64,000 nucleotides of DNA from an uncultured Gammaproteobacteria bacterium (GTDB lineage: Bacteria > Patescibacteriota > Patescibacteriia > Magasanikbacterales > GWA2-37-8): positions 1,649-65,648 of the forward strand of contig CAZWKA010000007.1 of NCBI GenBank assembly GCA_964634875.1, written 5' to 3'. This document shows positions 27,716-37,526 of the stretch, piece after piece. The stretch's first letter is position 1, and each line of letters begins with the position of its first letter. The notes under the pieces are model-generated. The model saw nothing but the letters and a program-made list of their open reading frames with translations, made no database searches and was not told the origin of the DNA. The position numbers and the translations under genes were made by a program.

Positions 27716-27979
27716 ATGCTCAAAATCGGCCTTCTACTCTCCCTATTTGGCATTGGGCTCGCGCCGAGTTGTTGCGACCAGGCGAAGATGGCCTACGAAG
27801 CCGCCCAAACAGCGCGCACCAAGGCTGAGGAACTATACGACGCTTGCTACCGCCACCATACCACTGACTTCACTGAAGCGTGTTCTGGCGAAGATGCAAA
27901 CGTCAAGCAAGCAGAAACGAACGTAAAAAGAGCCAGCGACGCTGTCGGCAAGGAGTGCCACGGTATCGACCCGCTCTAA
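27716..27979 (+). CDS. Small Cys-containing lipoprotein or secreted protein, hypothetical (87 aa)
   Basis: AGGAG 7 nt upstream. Signal MLKIGLLLSLFGIGLAPSCC. Followed by the bidirectional terminator. Confidence 0.5.
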   Translation: MLKIGLLLSLFGIGLAPSCCDQAKMAYEAAQTARTKAEELYDACYRHHTTDFTEACSGEDANVKQAETNVKRASDAVGKECHGIDPL

Positions 27980-28049
27980 GCCCGCTCTTTAGCCGCCCAT
28001 CCGCGGCCTCCCCCATGAGTTCCTAAAAATTTGGGAACTGATGCACTAA

Positions 28050-28087
28050 AAATACCAGCCCTGCTAGGGTCTGGTATTTTTATTTTC
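28050..28087. terminator. Bidirectional rho-independent terminator
   Basis: aaaaataccagccctgctagggtctggtattttt. Confidence 0.55.
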
Positions 28088-29371
28088 TGGCAAAATAATT
28101 CCATCGGGACGAAGGGCTAAGGCCCACCCCACAAACCATATCAGTTGACCCGTAAACAATGTTGCCAGCCAGTGATCAAACAAACCCGCCACCGTGAGCG
28201 TAACAATAATGGCGGCACCAAGCCTAGACATCTGCCAAACTTTTTTAAAAAGTAAAATGTATATAACGGCAAAAACAAAACTAGCGAGCAGACCCCACTG
28301 GGCAATCGTTAAAAAATAAATGTTGTGCACGGGCTGGAGCTCAAAGGCGCGTGCTTCCGGATGTTTTGCAGCAAGCGCAACAGTATATGCACCCGGACCC
28401 ACCCCGAGCAGCGGATACTCTTTAATAGTTGTCAGGGCTTCGTGCAATTGCGAAGCGCGCTCACCGAGGGAGCGGGCTTCCAAACGGTTGCTAGGTGTGA
28501 AGCGAGCAAAAAAGAGCGGCTGAAGGGCGAGAATAAAAAAAAGGGTGATGAGCGTATAAAACCCAGCTTGTTTTAAAAAAACATTCCGAAGTGGCGTCTT
28601 GACGACACAGAGGAATATTGCCGCAAGTCCGGCTACACCAGATAACCAGGCACCACGCGAAAAAGAAAGAATAAGACCGCCGAGAATTACAAGCTGCCCA
28701 ACAGTGATAAGCAACTTTACTTTGTTTGAAGTAGTACCGAGATACAAAATAAGCCCCACGACAAACACTACCGCTAAATAAATACCGAGTGAATTCGGCG
28801 AGCCAAAACTGCCATATGCCCGAAGCCACCGTTCATCCCCAAACTCGATAACACTCGCTCCCAATTCTTTCGCTGTATGGCTAGCCAGTCCGAACCATGT
28901 ATTGGCCGTGACTTGCTGCATAAAAAATTGCCCCATACCAAAGAGCGCCTGCACCACGCCCCCCAGCCAGAGGGCTAGAGCAAGTGTACGAGCTGAATAC
29001 TGGCTCGTGAGGATAAGCAGCATAGCCCACAACCCCAAGAGCAACCAGGTAACCGCTTGGTACGAAACGCCGGGATTAAAACTGTGGCCGATACAAAGAG
29101 CCACAAAACCCAGTACGACGACAATAACAGCACTCGACGTACGGCGGCTCCAGGACGCCCTGGGGTGGCTTGCATCCCGGATCAACCTAAAAAAACCAAG
29201 CCCGATGACCAAACACAACAAAAGTTCGGTGGCATACAAACTTTTTGTCCCATACTCCCACGGTGAACCATTAATAAAGGCTGGCGAATAAATCCACCGC
29301 GTCTGCCAGGGCAGCAAAAACAGAAAGAGGCACAGCAGCGTATCGGTAATTTTAGCGAGCGACATATTCAT
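28064..29371 (-). CDS. O-antigen ligase (WaaL/Wzy_C)-family polytopic membrane protein
   Basis: More than 10 TM helices. The SFSRGAWLSGVAGL motif is typical of Wzy_C. The start was chosen at MNMSLAK to limit overlap with the upstream gene; the ORF could extend to 29452. Confidence 0.6.
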   Translation of the reverse strand: MNMSLAKITDTLLCLFLFLLPWQTRWIYSPAFINGSPWEYGTKSLYATELLLCLVIGLGFFRLIRDASHPRASWSRRTSSAVIVVVLGFVALCIGHSFNPGVSYQAVTWLLLGLWAMLLILTSQYSARTLALALWLGGVVQALFGMGQFFMQQVTANTWFGLASHTAKELGASVIEFGDERWLRAYGSFGSPNSLGIYLAVVFVVGLILYLGTTSNKVKLLITVGQLVILGGLILSFSRGAWLSGVAGLAAIFLCVVKTPLRNVFLKQAGFYTLITLFFILALQPLFFARFTPSNRLEARSLGERASQLHEALTTIKEYPLLGVGPGAYTVALAAKHPEARAFELQPVHNIYFLTIAQWGLLASFVFAVIYILLFKKVWQMSRLGAAIIVTLTVAGLFDHWLATLFTGQLIWFVGWALALRPDGIILPENKNTRP

Positions 29372-30305
29372 TTTTTTTAAGCCAAGCGGCGTGGTAGTCG
29401 CGCCGTGTGTCACGCTCATGAAACTTAAGCACGCCTTCAGCCAGAACCACATGATTATTGGGTTCTCGAGCCAAGGCTTTAATTTTCGGCGCGATCGATC
29501 GCCACTGGATTTTTTTTGCTTCGGCTTCGATCAAATTACCATAGCTTGTCCCCCACACCTTTTCTAAAATTTTCTTAATACTCTGCCCCAATAGGCCAGG
29601 CTTATTTCCCCGCGTATACGTAAGGGGGAAACGCAGTTCACCCTGCTGCCCCGGTACATAGTTAAGAGCCCAGGTATTGGCACGGCGAAACTGCCGGGCT
29701 ACGTCGCCGGTGTCATAAAGCACAAACATTTGCTGCAGCCAGTAAGCGAAATGAACATCGCCTGGTACCACACGGAGTGGGCCAAGGTCGAGATGCTCAG
29801 TATCGACAAAAAAACACAGGCACATCCGGCCGGATATTTTCTTACCATATGTCCGAAGTCCAAATAACCGTAAAATCGCATGGGTAAAAAAACGCACCAG
29901 CCAAATCCTTTTGGGGGCAGTGATAATAAAAAGATCAATATCGCTTGTCAGCGTCGCGTTTTCAGCACCTACCGAGTTACACACGAAAACCGCTTTTAAA
30001 AACGGCACCCAACTAACAAGCTGCACGGCGCGGCGGGCTTTTTTGAGCATGTGCTCGGTAGGCACAATCCGCTCTTGGCGGCGGGCAATAAGTTCCGCCC
30101 GCCCGGGTAAAAAATAATACCCCCCCTGACATTGCCAACGCGATGATTGGCGGCCGACCAGATACGCAGTAAACTCAGAAAAGGTTATTGTTGGCGGGAG
30201 CCACAAAAAAGTAAATAATTCCTCGAGCGTGAGCGGGAACTCGGCCACATCAAAATAGGCCAGTGTTGTACTTATAGATTGTTCGAGCGCAGGGTTTTGG
30301 TTCAT
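29352..30305 (-). CDS. Nucleotidyltransferase-fold (Pol-beta superfamily) protein of unknown function
   Basis: The segment CNSVGAENATLTSDIDLFIITA fits the [GS]x9-13DxD minimal NTase motif. Confidence 0.45.
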   Translation of the reverse strand: MNQNPALEQSISTTLAYFDVAEFPLTLEELFTFLWLPPTITFSEFTAYLVGRQSSRWQCQGGYYFLPGRAELIARRQERIVPTEHMLKKARRAVQLVSWVPFLKAVFVCNSVGAENATLTSDIDLFIITAPKRIWLVRFFTHAILRLFGLRTYGKKISGRMCLCFFVDTEHLDLGPLRVVPGDVHFAYWLQQMFVLYDTGDVARQFRRANTWALNYVPGQQGELRFPLTYTRGNKPGLLGQSIKKILEKVWGTSYGNLIEAEAKKIQWRSIAPKIKALAREPNNHVVLAEGVLKFHERDTRRDYHAAWLKKNEYVAR

Positions 30306-30337
30306 ACAAAATATCGATCGTATACTACACTAAAAAA

Positions 30338-30370
30338 AGCCCCCTGAGAACAGGAGGCTTTTTGAAAGAA
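30338..30370. terminator. Rho-independent terminator between yidC and the NTase gene
   Basis: aaaaaagccccctgagaacaggaggcttttt. Confidence 0.5.
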
Positions 30371-30371
30371 G

Positions 30372-31232
30372 CTAGGAAACAATCTGACCTTCGATTACCT
30401 TGCCTGAGTCATTCGGAGCAGCTGGAGGCTGAGTGGTCGGAGTATTTTTTTTGTTAACCAAGTATTGTTGTCCAGCCATAAGGAGTGTGCCGAAGAACCA
30501 ATAGAGCGACAAACCACCCGGGAGGCTGAAACCAATGATTGCAGTCATGACGGGCATAAAGTAAAGCATTTGCTTATTCATCATCGCCATCATACCCTCA
30601 TCCTTACCACCTTCACCCGCAGTTTTTGGCGGCATGCGGCGGGTCATCCCCCGGGCTTGCAAATACTGGGCAAGACCCGCCAGGACGGCGAGCACATAGT
30701 TAGGTTTGAGCAAGTTAAAAAAACCGAGTGATACCGGGTTGACCGTACCTGGATTGTGAACAAAGGAGTACAAGGTTTCGGCAATATTAGTGGAAGCGAG
30801 GCCGGCACGCAGCACTGTATAGAGCGCGATTAAAATCGGAATTTGAAGGAGAATCGGCAAACACGAAGCAAACGGGTTAACCTTATTATTTTTATAGAGT
30901 TCCATGGTGGCCTGAGCCAGCGCCTGCTGGTCGCCCGCATGTTTTTTCTTGAGCTCATCAAGTTTTGGCTGTAGCCCCTGCAGCGACTGTTGCGCTTTGA
31001 TCGATGACGAAGTGAGCGGATACAGCACGAGCCGGATCAACAGCGTGATAATGAGGATAACAAGACCCACGTCATGGCCGGGAACAATGTTATACAGGAC
31101 GATAAAGAGGTTGAAGATGGGTTTATAGAGTACAATGTGAAAGGCAGCGGAAATGGCAGCAAACATAGGGTAAATATCTAATGTCAAAATCCTAATGACT
31201 AATAAAAATCCAAATGTCCAAACCATTATCAT
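30372..31232 (-). CDS. yidC: Membrane protein insertase YidC/Oxa1 family (short form)
   Basis: NPFASCLPILLQIPILIALY and the conserved C-terminal TM bundle. Confidence 0.85.
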   Translation of the reverse strand: MIMVWTFGFLLVIRILTLDIYPMFAAISAAFHIVLYKPIFNLFIVLYNIVPGHDVGLVILIITLLIRLVLYPLTSSSIKAQQSLQGLQPKLDELKKKHAGDQQALAQATMELYKNNKVNPFASCLPILLQIPILIALYTVLRAGLASTNIAETLYSFVHNPGTVNPVSLGFFNLLKPNYVLAVLAGLAQYLQARGMTRRMPPKTAGEGGKDEGMMAMMNKQMLYFMPVMTAIIGFSLPGGLSLYWFFGTLLMAGQQYLVNKKNTPTTQPPAAPNDSGKVIEGQIVS

Positions 31233-31277
31233 TGGACATTTTATTTGACAAGAAATTAGGATTTAGGATTTAAAAAA

Positions 31278-32537
31278 TTATTCTTTAGTCTCTGCAGCTG
31301 GTTCTACTGATTCTTCAACAGCCACTGCTTCATTTGCTTCTTCTGCTGGGGATTGAGTTTCTGGCGCCTCTTCCTCACTTGCTTCAGCTGGTTTTTCTGG
31401 CGCACCCTCCTGAATCACACTAATTTTCCAACCAGTCAACTCTGAAGCAAGGCGCACGTTCTGGCCACTGCGGCCGATAGCAAGTGAAAATTGTTCAGAC
31501 GCTACCAATACTTTAGCCACCTTGGAATCTTCATCGAGCTCAACGCTCAATACTTTGGCTGGCGACAAGGCGTGAACAATATATTTTTTAGCGTCTTCAT
31601 TATACTGGATAACGTCAATCTTTTCGCCCCCCAACTCTTCAATAATTGTGGTAATGCGGCTACCACGCTGGCCGATACACGAACCGATCGGATCGATCGA
31701 AGTGTCGCTCGTCGCTACTGCTACTTTAGAACGAAAACCAGCTTCGCGCGCCACACCTTTGATCTCAATCACACCGTCAGCAACTTCCGGGATTTCTTGT
31801 TTAAAAATTTCTTTCACCATGCCCACAGAACTGCGGGATAAAATAATTTCCGGGCCACGCATGCCCATCTCAACTGAAGCGACATAAAACTTCATCCGGC
31901 TACCAGGACGATAGTGTTCGTTATAAATTTGCTGATCATGTGGCAAGATAGCCGTGATTTTACCAAGGTCAATCAAAACTTTACGCCCTTCCACGCGCTG
32001 GATAGTTCCCTGGATAATCGTTCCTTCCTGCCCCTTGAAGTCACCAAACACCATCGTGCGTTCGGCTTCGCGGATTTTTTGAATGATAACCTGCTTAGCA
32101 GTCTGAGCAGCCATGCGGCCAAATTCGTGAGTGATTGGAAGCTCGATATCAATAACATCACCCAATTTTACTTTGCCTTTAATGATTTTCGCTTCTGAAA
32201 TCATCATTTCAGTTTTTGGATTGAATCGAGGCAAGTCAGCTGTTTCCTCATCGGTAAGCTCGCGCCCTTCATCCTTGGCTTTTTTGCGCCGTTCAGTCAA
32301 TTCTTCCTGGGCTTTTTCAAGCGCTTCAGGATCAACATCTTCTACAACAGTCTTAATATCCCACGCCTGCATGTCGCCAGTTTCGGGGTCAAATTTTACT
32401 TTAATGTTTTGCTGTTTGTTGCCAAAATCCTTGCGGTAAGCGGCAGCGAGAGCAATTTCAATGGTATCCATGACCGCTTCATAGGACAAATTCTTTTCAT
32501 CGCAGAGGGCCTGAATCGCTTTGGTAATTTCGGACAT
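31278..32537 (-). CDS. nusA: Transcription termination/antitermination factor NusA
   Basis: N-terminal domain, S1 domain and KH domains (IGQRGSRI, AIGRSGQNVRLAS). Confidence 0.9.
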   Translation of the reverse strand: MSEITKAIQALCDEKNLSYEAVMDTIEIALAAAYRKDFGNKQQNIKVKFDPETGDMQAWDIKTVVEDVDPEALEKAQEELTERRKKAKDEGRELTDEETADLPRFNPKTEMMISEAKIIKGKVKLGDVIDIELPITHEFGRMAAQTAKQVIIQKIREAERTMVFGDFKGQEGTIIQGTIQRVEGRKVLIDLGKITAILPHDQQIYNEHYRPGSRMKFYVASVEMGMRGPEIILSRSSVGMVKEIFKQEIPEVADGVIEIKGVAREAGFRSKVAVATSDTSIDPIGSCIGQRGSRITTIIEELGGEKIDVIQYNEDAKKYIVHALSPAKVLSVELDEDSKVAKVLVASEQFSLAIGRSGQNVRLASELTGWKISVIQEGAPEKPAEASEEEAPETQSPAEEANEAVAVEESVEPAAETKE

Positions 32538-32776
32538 AGTACGTGAGTTAGAGAGGTTAATTAGTAATGAGTATAGCAGTTTTTAACAAAAAGAGCCACT
32601 TTTATAAAGTGGTCTTAGGCTAAGAGTAGCTGAATAGCTTAAATTTGTCAAGCAAAAATTTGGCTTTATGATTGACAAAAAATTAACTGTATAGTACATT
32701 GATCTGTTACTAAAATGTTTCATCGAGCAACCATCTCAGGTGGTTGATAAAGGGAACATTTACAAAAGGGAGACCA

Positions 32777-33334
32777 ATGCGCACATTTACTGTCTCAGCT
32801 GAGGGCAAAGTAGAGCCTGGAATCACAATCATCAAACCAGGGCTGTTTCCACGCAACTATCGTCATAGCCTGGAAATCGGTGAAGGCGAGGCAAGGAGGC
32901 AGATAGTACTTGGTATCGGCGAACAATCCTGTGACACTGCCCGAGTCACAGACAGAACCATCCATATTGAAAAATGCGACCTCTTCCAGAGGAGGGATGG
33001 CAAACTACTGTTCGTACGCGAACGGATCAATACCGACGAAAACCGTATTCTGGTTCGCTGGCAGACATGCACAGACCCATTTGCCCAAATTAGATTTGAA
33101 ACTCCGTCTGATAACGGAGCTCAGCCTGCGCTACTCATTTGCGGAGCGAAAAGCCAGGTCGATAGTTTGTGGTATATTGAGTGTGTCGTGATACTTTATC
33201 CCGACTCCTCAGTTATAGCGCAAAGCACAAGCTTTGGCATCACTCGAGCCCGCAAACTAACTCGCAGCCTCGAAGGGGATTTCCTAACGGTGTCCGGCGA
33301 AACACCGGTCGACACAGATGGAGTCTACCTCTAG
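32777..33334 (+). CDS. Hypothetical protein (no signal peptide). Moderately GC-rich cassette.
   Basis: AAGGGAGA 5-6 nt upstream of the ATG at 32777. A long-stem terminator lies immediately downstream. Confidence 0.5.
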   Translation: MRTFTVSAEGKVEPGITIIKPGLFPRNYRHSLEIGEGEARRQIVLGIGEQSCDTARVTDRTIHIEKCDLFQRRDGKLLFVRERINTDENRILVRWQTCTDPFAQIRFETPSDNGAQPALLICGAKSQVDSLWYIECVVILYPDSSVIAQSTSFGITRARKLTRSLEGDFLTVSGETPVDTDGVYL

Positions 33335-33384
33335 TCTTTCTCTCCCAACACCGGGCAGAGAGCACAATACCCCTGCTTCCGATC

Positions 33385-33433
33385 TTATTGCTTAAATACT
33401 TGAGCGATAAGATTAGCAGGGGTTTTGTTTTAT
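33385..33433 (+). terminator. Rho-independent terminator (cccctgct...agcagggg then ttttgtttt)
   Basis: Hairpin followed by a T-run. Same stem core as the terminator at 33885. Confidence 0.5.
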
Positions 33434-33499
33434 AACCGCCTACCACCATTGACATTAGAGGCTGAATGTGCTATTACTCTCCTCGGAGGGAAATAGTAC

Positions 33500-33841
33500 A
33501 TGAGCCTGAGACACGCATGTGCAGCAGTCGGACTGGTTCTCTTCTGTGGGGCATTTGGCCCCCTGGACTGCCTCAAGAAAAAGGCGGACGAGGCACGCCC
33601 CGAGGATCCCTGCAAAAAGGTCCAGTCGCATTTCCACGCCACTACCCAGAAGTTCGCCTCGGCTTCAAAAGGGGGCGCATGGTTCGATGCACTGTGCGAT
33701 GTGTGGACAGAGGCAGAGGCCATCCCGGACACATGCGCCAGCTTCCGCCAGGAAGTCTTGACCTTCCTGAGCAATCAGAATCTGCCCTCGCGCGAAGCGG
33801 CGTGTGACCCCTGCATGAACATTCCCGAGGAGTGCTACTAG
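33500..33841 (+). CDS. Small secreted cysteine-rich protein (113 aa). GC-rich foreign cassette.
   Basis: GGAGGG 9 nt upstream. Hydrophobic N-terminus AAVGLVLFCGAFGPL. 9 Cys. Confidence 0.55.
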   Translation: MSLRHACAAVGLVLFCGAFGPLDCLKKKADEARPEDPCKKVQSHFHATTQKFASASKGGAWFDALCDVWTEAEAIPDTCASFRQEVLTFLSNQNLPSREAACDPCMNIPEECY

Positions 33842-33884
33842 CAGCCCCTCGCACAACCAGCTCAAAGGGAGCCCTATCCCCCTG

Positions 33885-33945
33885 CTACATACCTACTGCT
33901 CAACTTATCTTGAACAGTGAGTACGGCAGGGGGTTTTGTTTTTAC
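33885..33945. terminator. Rho-independent terminator (ccccctgc...gcaggggg then ttttgttttt)
   Basis: Hairpin followed by a T-run. Confidence 0.45.
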
Positions 33946-35445
33946 TTATTTCTTCACCAACGAAGAAATAAAATTTTCAATCGGCGCGTAGTCATCAGTC
34001 AAAACAGGAGATGTGCTTGCAAGAGGATTTTTTTCTACACCCGCAAGAAAACTAGCTGCTTCACCTGTTGCCGCTGTCCAGTCTGGCGCTTGATGTGATT
34101 TAAGCGCGACAAGCATTATATTTTGAAGTTGTTCCTGATCAGTTGCGGTGTCAACAGGCAGTTGATACACCTGGGGGAATACTGCTTGCAGGGTGGCCAC
34201 TTTACGCTTTAAAAACGATGCCCCAGGCCCTCCGAGCGATGCATTGATGTTTACAATATATACCCCATCATCCGTAAGATGGTCAGCAATTTTTTGCACC
34301 GCTTCAATCGTGGTCAGCTGGAACGGAACATCAAAGTAAGAATGAAACGCATCGCCATAGATAGCATCATATTTTTTTTCACCAAGCCTGTTTAAAAAAA
34401 CCCGGCCATCCTCGTGGTAGATACTGAGACGCGAGTCTGGTTGCAGATTAAAATACTCTCGAGCGAGCTCGGTAACTCCAGGATCGATTTCAACGACATC
34501 GAGCATAGCATCAGGGTGTTTGGCCAAAAAATCTTTGGGGTATGAATAAGCTCCCCCACCGATCATGAGGGCGCTTTTTATTTCTGGATTAAAAAAATCC
34601 GCCAAGCGATAATATTTGGAATATGGGTAGACCAAGTCATTGTCGTCATCCAAAAACATTCCAGCTTGCGTCGCTTCGCGCGAGCTGACCATATTTAGGG
34701 TAGGGCGATTGGTGGCAGCGTCCACACTTTCGATCAAAAGAAAACGATTGTAATGAGTATCTACATCCACCCGAATACCGCTGGTCGCAAGCGTGCCCTG
34801 AAAAATATTAGGCACTACTAAAAAAATAGCAGCAACAGCGGCTAGGCCGATACGCGAACCCCGATACTGAGCAGAAAATACTAAAAAGGAGGCAACAAAC
34901 AACAGAAGCGCCAGGAGGAGCAAAATTTTAGTGGTGCCAAGATACGCAATAAGAAAATAACCGGCTGCAAACGTGCCGGTGATGCTGCCGACAGTTGAGA
35001 GTGCGTAGAGCCTGCCTACCAAACGCCCGGAAGCAGCCACTGATTCAATCTTAAGCCGCACTGCGTAGGGCGAAACCATCCCCAGCACGATGCTGACAGG
35101 AGCAAAAATTATACCCGCAGCGAGGAGCGCAGCCAGACGTAGATCAAGCGCGCTTGACCCAAAAAGCACCAAGACAGGAAATTTAATCGCAGCCACGAGG
35201 AGCATAAGTGCACCCGCGAGCGCCATAATTAACGCGAGCGAGCGAGCAGTAGCCTGCCGATCGGCTAAACGGCCGCCCCACCAATACCCCAGACTCAGGC
35301 TGCCCAGAATTACACCAATAATGCTTGTCCAGATGTATAGGGAAGTGCCCAAGTACGGCGCAAAAACACGTGAGCCAACCAACTCAAAAACCATGACGGT
35401 AAAGCCACAAATAAAGACAGTTATTTCGAGAAAATATCTCCGCAT
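33946..35445 (-). CDS. Spermidine synthase-like (polyamine aminopropyltransferase family) protein fused to an N-terminal polytopic membrane domain
   Basis: About 6 N-terminal TM helices. C-terminal aminopropyltransferase-type segments VLMIGGGAYS and DAIYGDAF. Confidence 0.6.
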   Translation of the reverse strand: MRRYFLEITVFICGFTVMVFELVGSRVFAPYLGTSLYIWTSIIGVILGSLSLGYWWGGRLADRQATARSLALIMALAGALMLLVAAIKFPVLVLFGSSALDLRLAALLAAGIIFAPVSIVLGMVSPYAVRLKIESVAASGRLVGRLYALSTVGSITGTFAAGYFLIAYLGTTKILLLLALLLFVASFLVFSAQYRGSRIGLAAVAAIFLVVPNIFQGTLATSGIRVDVDTHYNRFLLIESVDAATNRPTLNMVSSREATQAGMFLDDDNDLVYPYSKYYRLADFFNPEIKSALMIGGGAYSYPKDFLAKHPDAMLDVVEIDPGVTELAREYFNLQPDSRLSIYHEDGRVFLNRLGEKKYDAIYGDAFHSYFDVPFQLTTIEAVQKIADHLTDDGVYIVNINASLGGPGASFLKRKVATLQAVFPQVYQLPVDTATDQEQLQNIMLVALKSHQAPDWTAATGEAASFLAGVEKNPLASTSPVLTDDYAPIENFISSLVKK

Positions 35446-35449
35446 AAAC

Positions 35450-35535
35450 TAAAGGCGTAAAACGAAAAGCTACAAATAAAACTGTCGCCGGGGTGACTCG
35501 ATTATTTTTAGTTTTTCAATTTTCATTTTGAACTA
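35450..35535 (-). repeat. Copy 3 of the roughly 85-nt palindromic intra-operon element
   Basis: ...aaataaaactgtcgccggggtgactcgattatttttagtttttc... Confidence 0.5.
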
Positions 35536-35536
35536 T

Positions 35537-36310
35537 TTACTTCCCGGCCACACGCTTTGGCGCCTTACCAGTAATTTTAACCGTATCGCCCACATCCAAA
35601 AAGGCGTATAATTTTTCGACGTCCTTGTAGGCGATATTCACACAACCATGACTCATGGGACGAATGCCGAATTGGTTGTGCCAGTAGGCGCCGTGCAGAT
35701 AATACGTACGTTTGAATTCCAGATTCCATTTTGTATTCGGGAGGTCGTACCCTGGGCCACGGTAATGCTTGACCGGAACTTTGCGCATAATAGCAAACTC
35801 CCCAACCGGGGTGGGTGTTTGCGCAAGCCCGCTTGAGATTGGCATTGATCCAAGCTGTACATCATTTAAATAATACACGAGCTGTTGGGTATTCAAATCA
35901 ACTTCAGCGTGGCGTTTGAGACTACGATCCCCACCACCTTTCAGCGGGTTGTACCCAAGGTACGCTTCACCACCATCCTTATAGCCATCCCTATCAGTAT
36001 CACTAATATTTAAATCAGTACCAAGACCAAGCTCAGCTTCATCACTCAGTCCGTCGCTGTCAGTATCAACTGCCGACAATTTTTTGTTGTCGCCGACAAG
36101 CGGTGAATAGCCATTGGTTATCTCTTCACCATCACTAAAACCATCGCCATCGGTGTCAGCAACACTGGGATTCGTATAGTACACACCAACCTCCTCTACG
36201 TCAGTAAGCCCGTCCTGGTCGATATCATTCAGCTCCGCGGCTGCGGCCGGAACAACAAAAAAAAGCCCTGAGGCGACTGCTACGATAAAAAATCGATACA
36301 CACATTTCAT
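35537..36310 (-). CDS. L,D-transpeptidase (YkuD) family protein with N-terminal thrombospondin-type-3-like Asp-rich repeats
   Basis: Catalytic SHGCVNI motif. Repeats DTDGDGFSDGEE. Signal peptide. Confidence 0.8.
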   Translation of the reverse strand: MKCVYRFFIVAVASGLFFVVPAAAAELNDIDQDGLTDVEEVGVYYTNPSVADTDGDGFSDGEEITNGYSPLVGDNKKLSAVDTDSDGLSDEAELGLGTDLNISDTDRDGYKDGGEAYLGYNPLKGGGDRSLKRHAEVDLNTQQLVYYLNDVQLGSMPISSGLAQTPTPVGEFAIMRKVPVKHYRGPGYDLPNTKWNLEFKRTYYLHGAYWHNQFGIRPMSHGCVNIAYKDVEKLYAFLDVGDTVKITGKAPKRVAGK

Positions 36311-36318
36311 ACCAGTGT

Positions 36319-36519
36319 TTACATGTTACCAAGCGCGACAATAAAGAGCACTAGGGTCATTACAATAAAAATACAAAAACCAATAATTGCAGCCACAACC
36401 AAAGTCACACGCTTGAATGGCACGGCACGCTGCGAACCAAACTTCTTCCATACGATAAAAAACACCAACCAATACAAGATCGTCATTCCGCCAACAAGCA
36501 GAACAGAGAATGGAATCAT
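36319..36519 (-). CDS. Small two-helix membrane protein (66 aa)
   Basis: Hydrophobic ORF tightly spaced with flanking minus-strand genes. Confidence 0.35.
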   Translation of the reverse strand: MIPFSVLLVGGMTILYWLVFFIVWKKFGSQRAVPFKRVTLVVAAIIGFCIFIVMTLVLFIVALGNM

Positions 36520-36529
36520 AGACCAACAG

Positions 36530-37405
36530 TTATCGTATCAGTATAGCACCCTCCGTATCAGTTCGTAAAATAGTCACACCAGCCCGCTCCAATCGCTTTA
36601 TAACCCGCAGCGAAGGGTGCCCATAGCGGTTGGGACCGGTCGAAATAGTCCCCACCCTCGGCGCTACTGCTCGCAAAAACTCATCGCTGGTTGAAGTTTT
36701 ACTGCCATGATGCCCTATTTTGAGAATATTTGACTGCAGCGCTGGGCAGGGATACAGGTAGATACTCGAAACTGTACCGCAGTACCGTTTAAGGAGCGCC
36801 TGTTCCAACTGAAATTCTGTATCTGCAGTTAGTAAAAAGGAATTGGTTCTGTCGTCGAGGCGAAACACGATGGAATAATTATTACTGTCGTCAGTTGCGG
36901 TAGTTACTCCGAGGAGCGGATCAGGCGATACAAAGCGCAGCGTCGAACTGGCGATCGTCCACGTAGCCGGTTTATCGATAGTACCAAGCTTCGCCCCCGA
37001 AGCCTGCCGAACAGCATCCCAGGTTTGCCAATAAGGATCGTTCGGTTTCACCGCACCATTGGTAATAATCACCCGCACCTTATACCGCTTGACGACATCA
37101 ATACAGCCGCCATAATGGTCGAGATCGGGGTGCGTTACCACAAGATACTCAATTGACCGGTCGTACAACGGAAGCTGCTTACCCAGCTCTGACAATACCA
37201 ACGTATTTGCCCCACAATCAACCAGCATTTTTTCACCGTTCCTAAACTGGATGAGCGTGCTGTCGCCCTGGCCGACATCAAGAAAGATTACTTTAAATTG
37301 ATGACGGCGAACGTCGTCGTATTTTAGATACACCTGCACCCCAGCAAAAACGAAGCTGAGCACGGCTATCACAAAAATTATTTTTTTCATAAGCCTATCT
37401 GTCAT
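36530..37405 (-). CDS. Membrane-anchored MBL-fold metallo-hydrolase (ComEC C-terminal-domain-like)
   Basis: THPDLDHYGG metal-binding motif. N-terminal TM helix. Lies two genes downstream of the ComEC gene, which lacks an MBL domain. Confidence 0.65.
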   Translation of the reverse strand: MTDRLMKKIIFVIAVLSFVFAGVQVYLKYDDVRRHQFKVIFLDVGQGDSTLIQFRNGEKMLVDCGANTLVLSELGKQLPLYDRSIEYLVVTHPDLDHYGGCIDVVKRYKVRVIITNGAVKPNDPYWQTWDAVRQASGAKLGTIDKPATWTIASSTLRFVSPDPLLGVTTATDDSNNYSIVFRLDDRTNSFLLTADTEFQLEQALLKRYCGTVSSIYLYPCPALQSNILKIGHHGSKTSTSDEFLRAVAPRVGTISTGPNRYGHPSLRVIKRLERAGVTILRTDTEGAILIR

Positions 37406-37521
37406 TGCGAGGAGTGAGGCACGAATGACGAAGCAATCCCCTAGATTAAAAAATAATGCAATTAATTATTAAAAAGCTGGCACTACTACCGAGGGGATTG
37501 CTTCGTTTCGCTCGCAATGAC
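37401..37521. repeat. Palindromic MITE-like element, full intergenic copy (family GTCATTGCGAG...CTCGCAATGAC)
   Basis: gtcattgcgaggagtgaggcacgaatgacgaagcaatcccc ... ggggattgcttcgtttcgctcgcaatgac. Confidence 0.7.
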
Positions 37522-37526
37522 AGAAG

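Noticed and set aside
28064-29452. Full 462-aa extent of the O-antigen-ligase-like ORF
   Set aside because: The 5' 27 codons overlap the upstream gene by about 100 nt. An internal Met (MNMSLAK, about 29371) gives a more plausible start. The exact start is uncertain.
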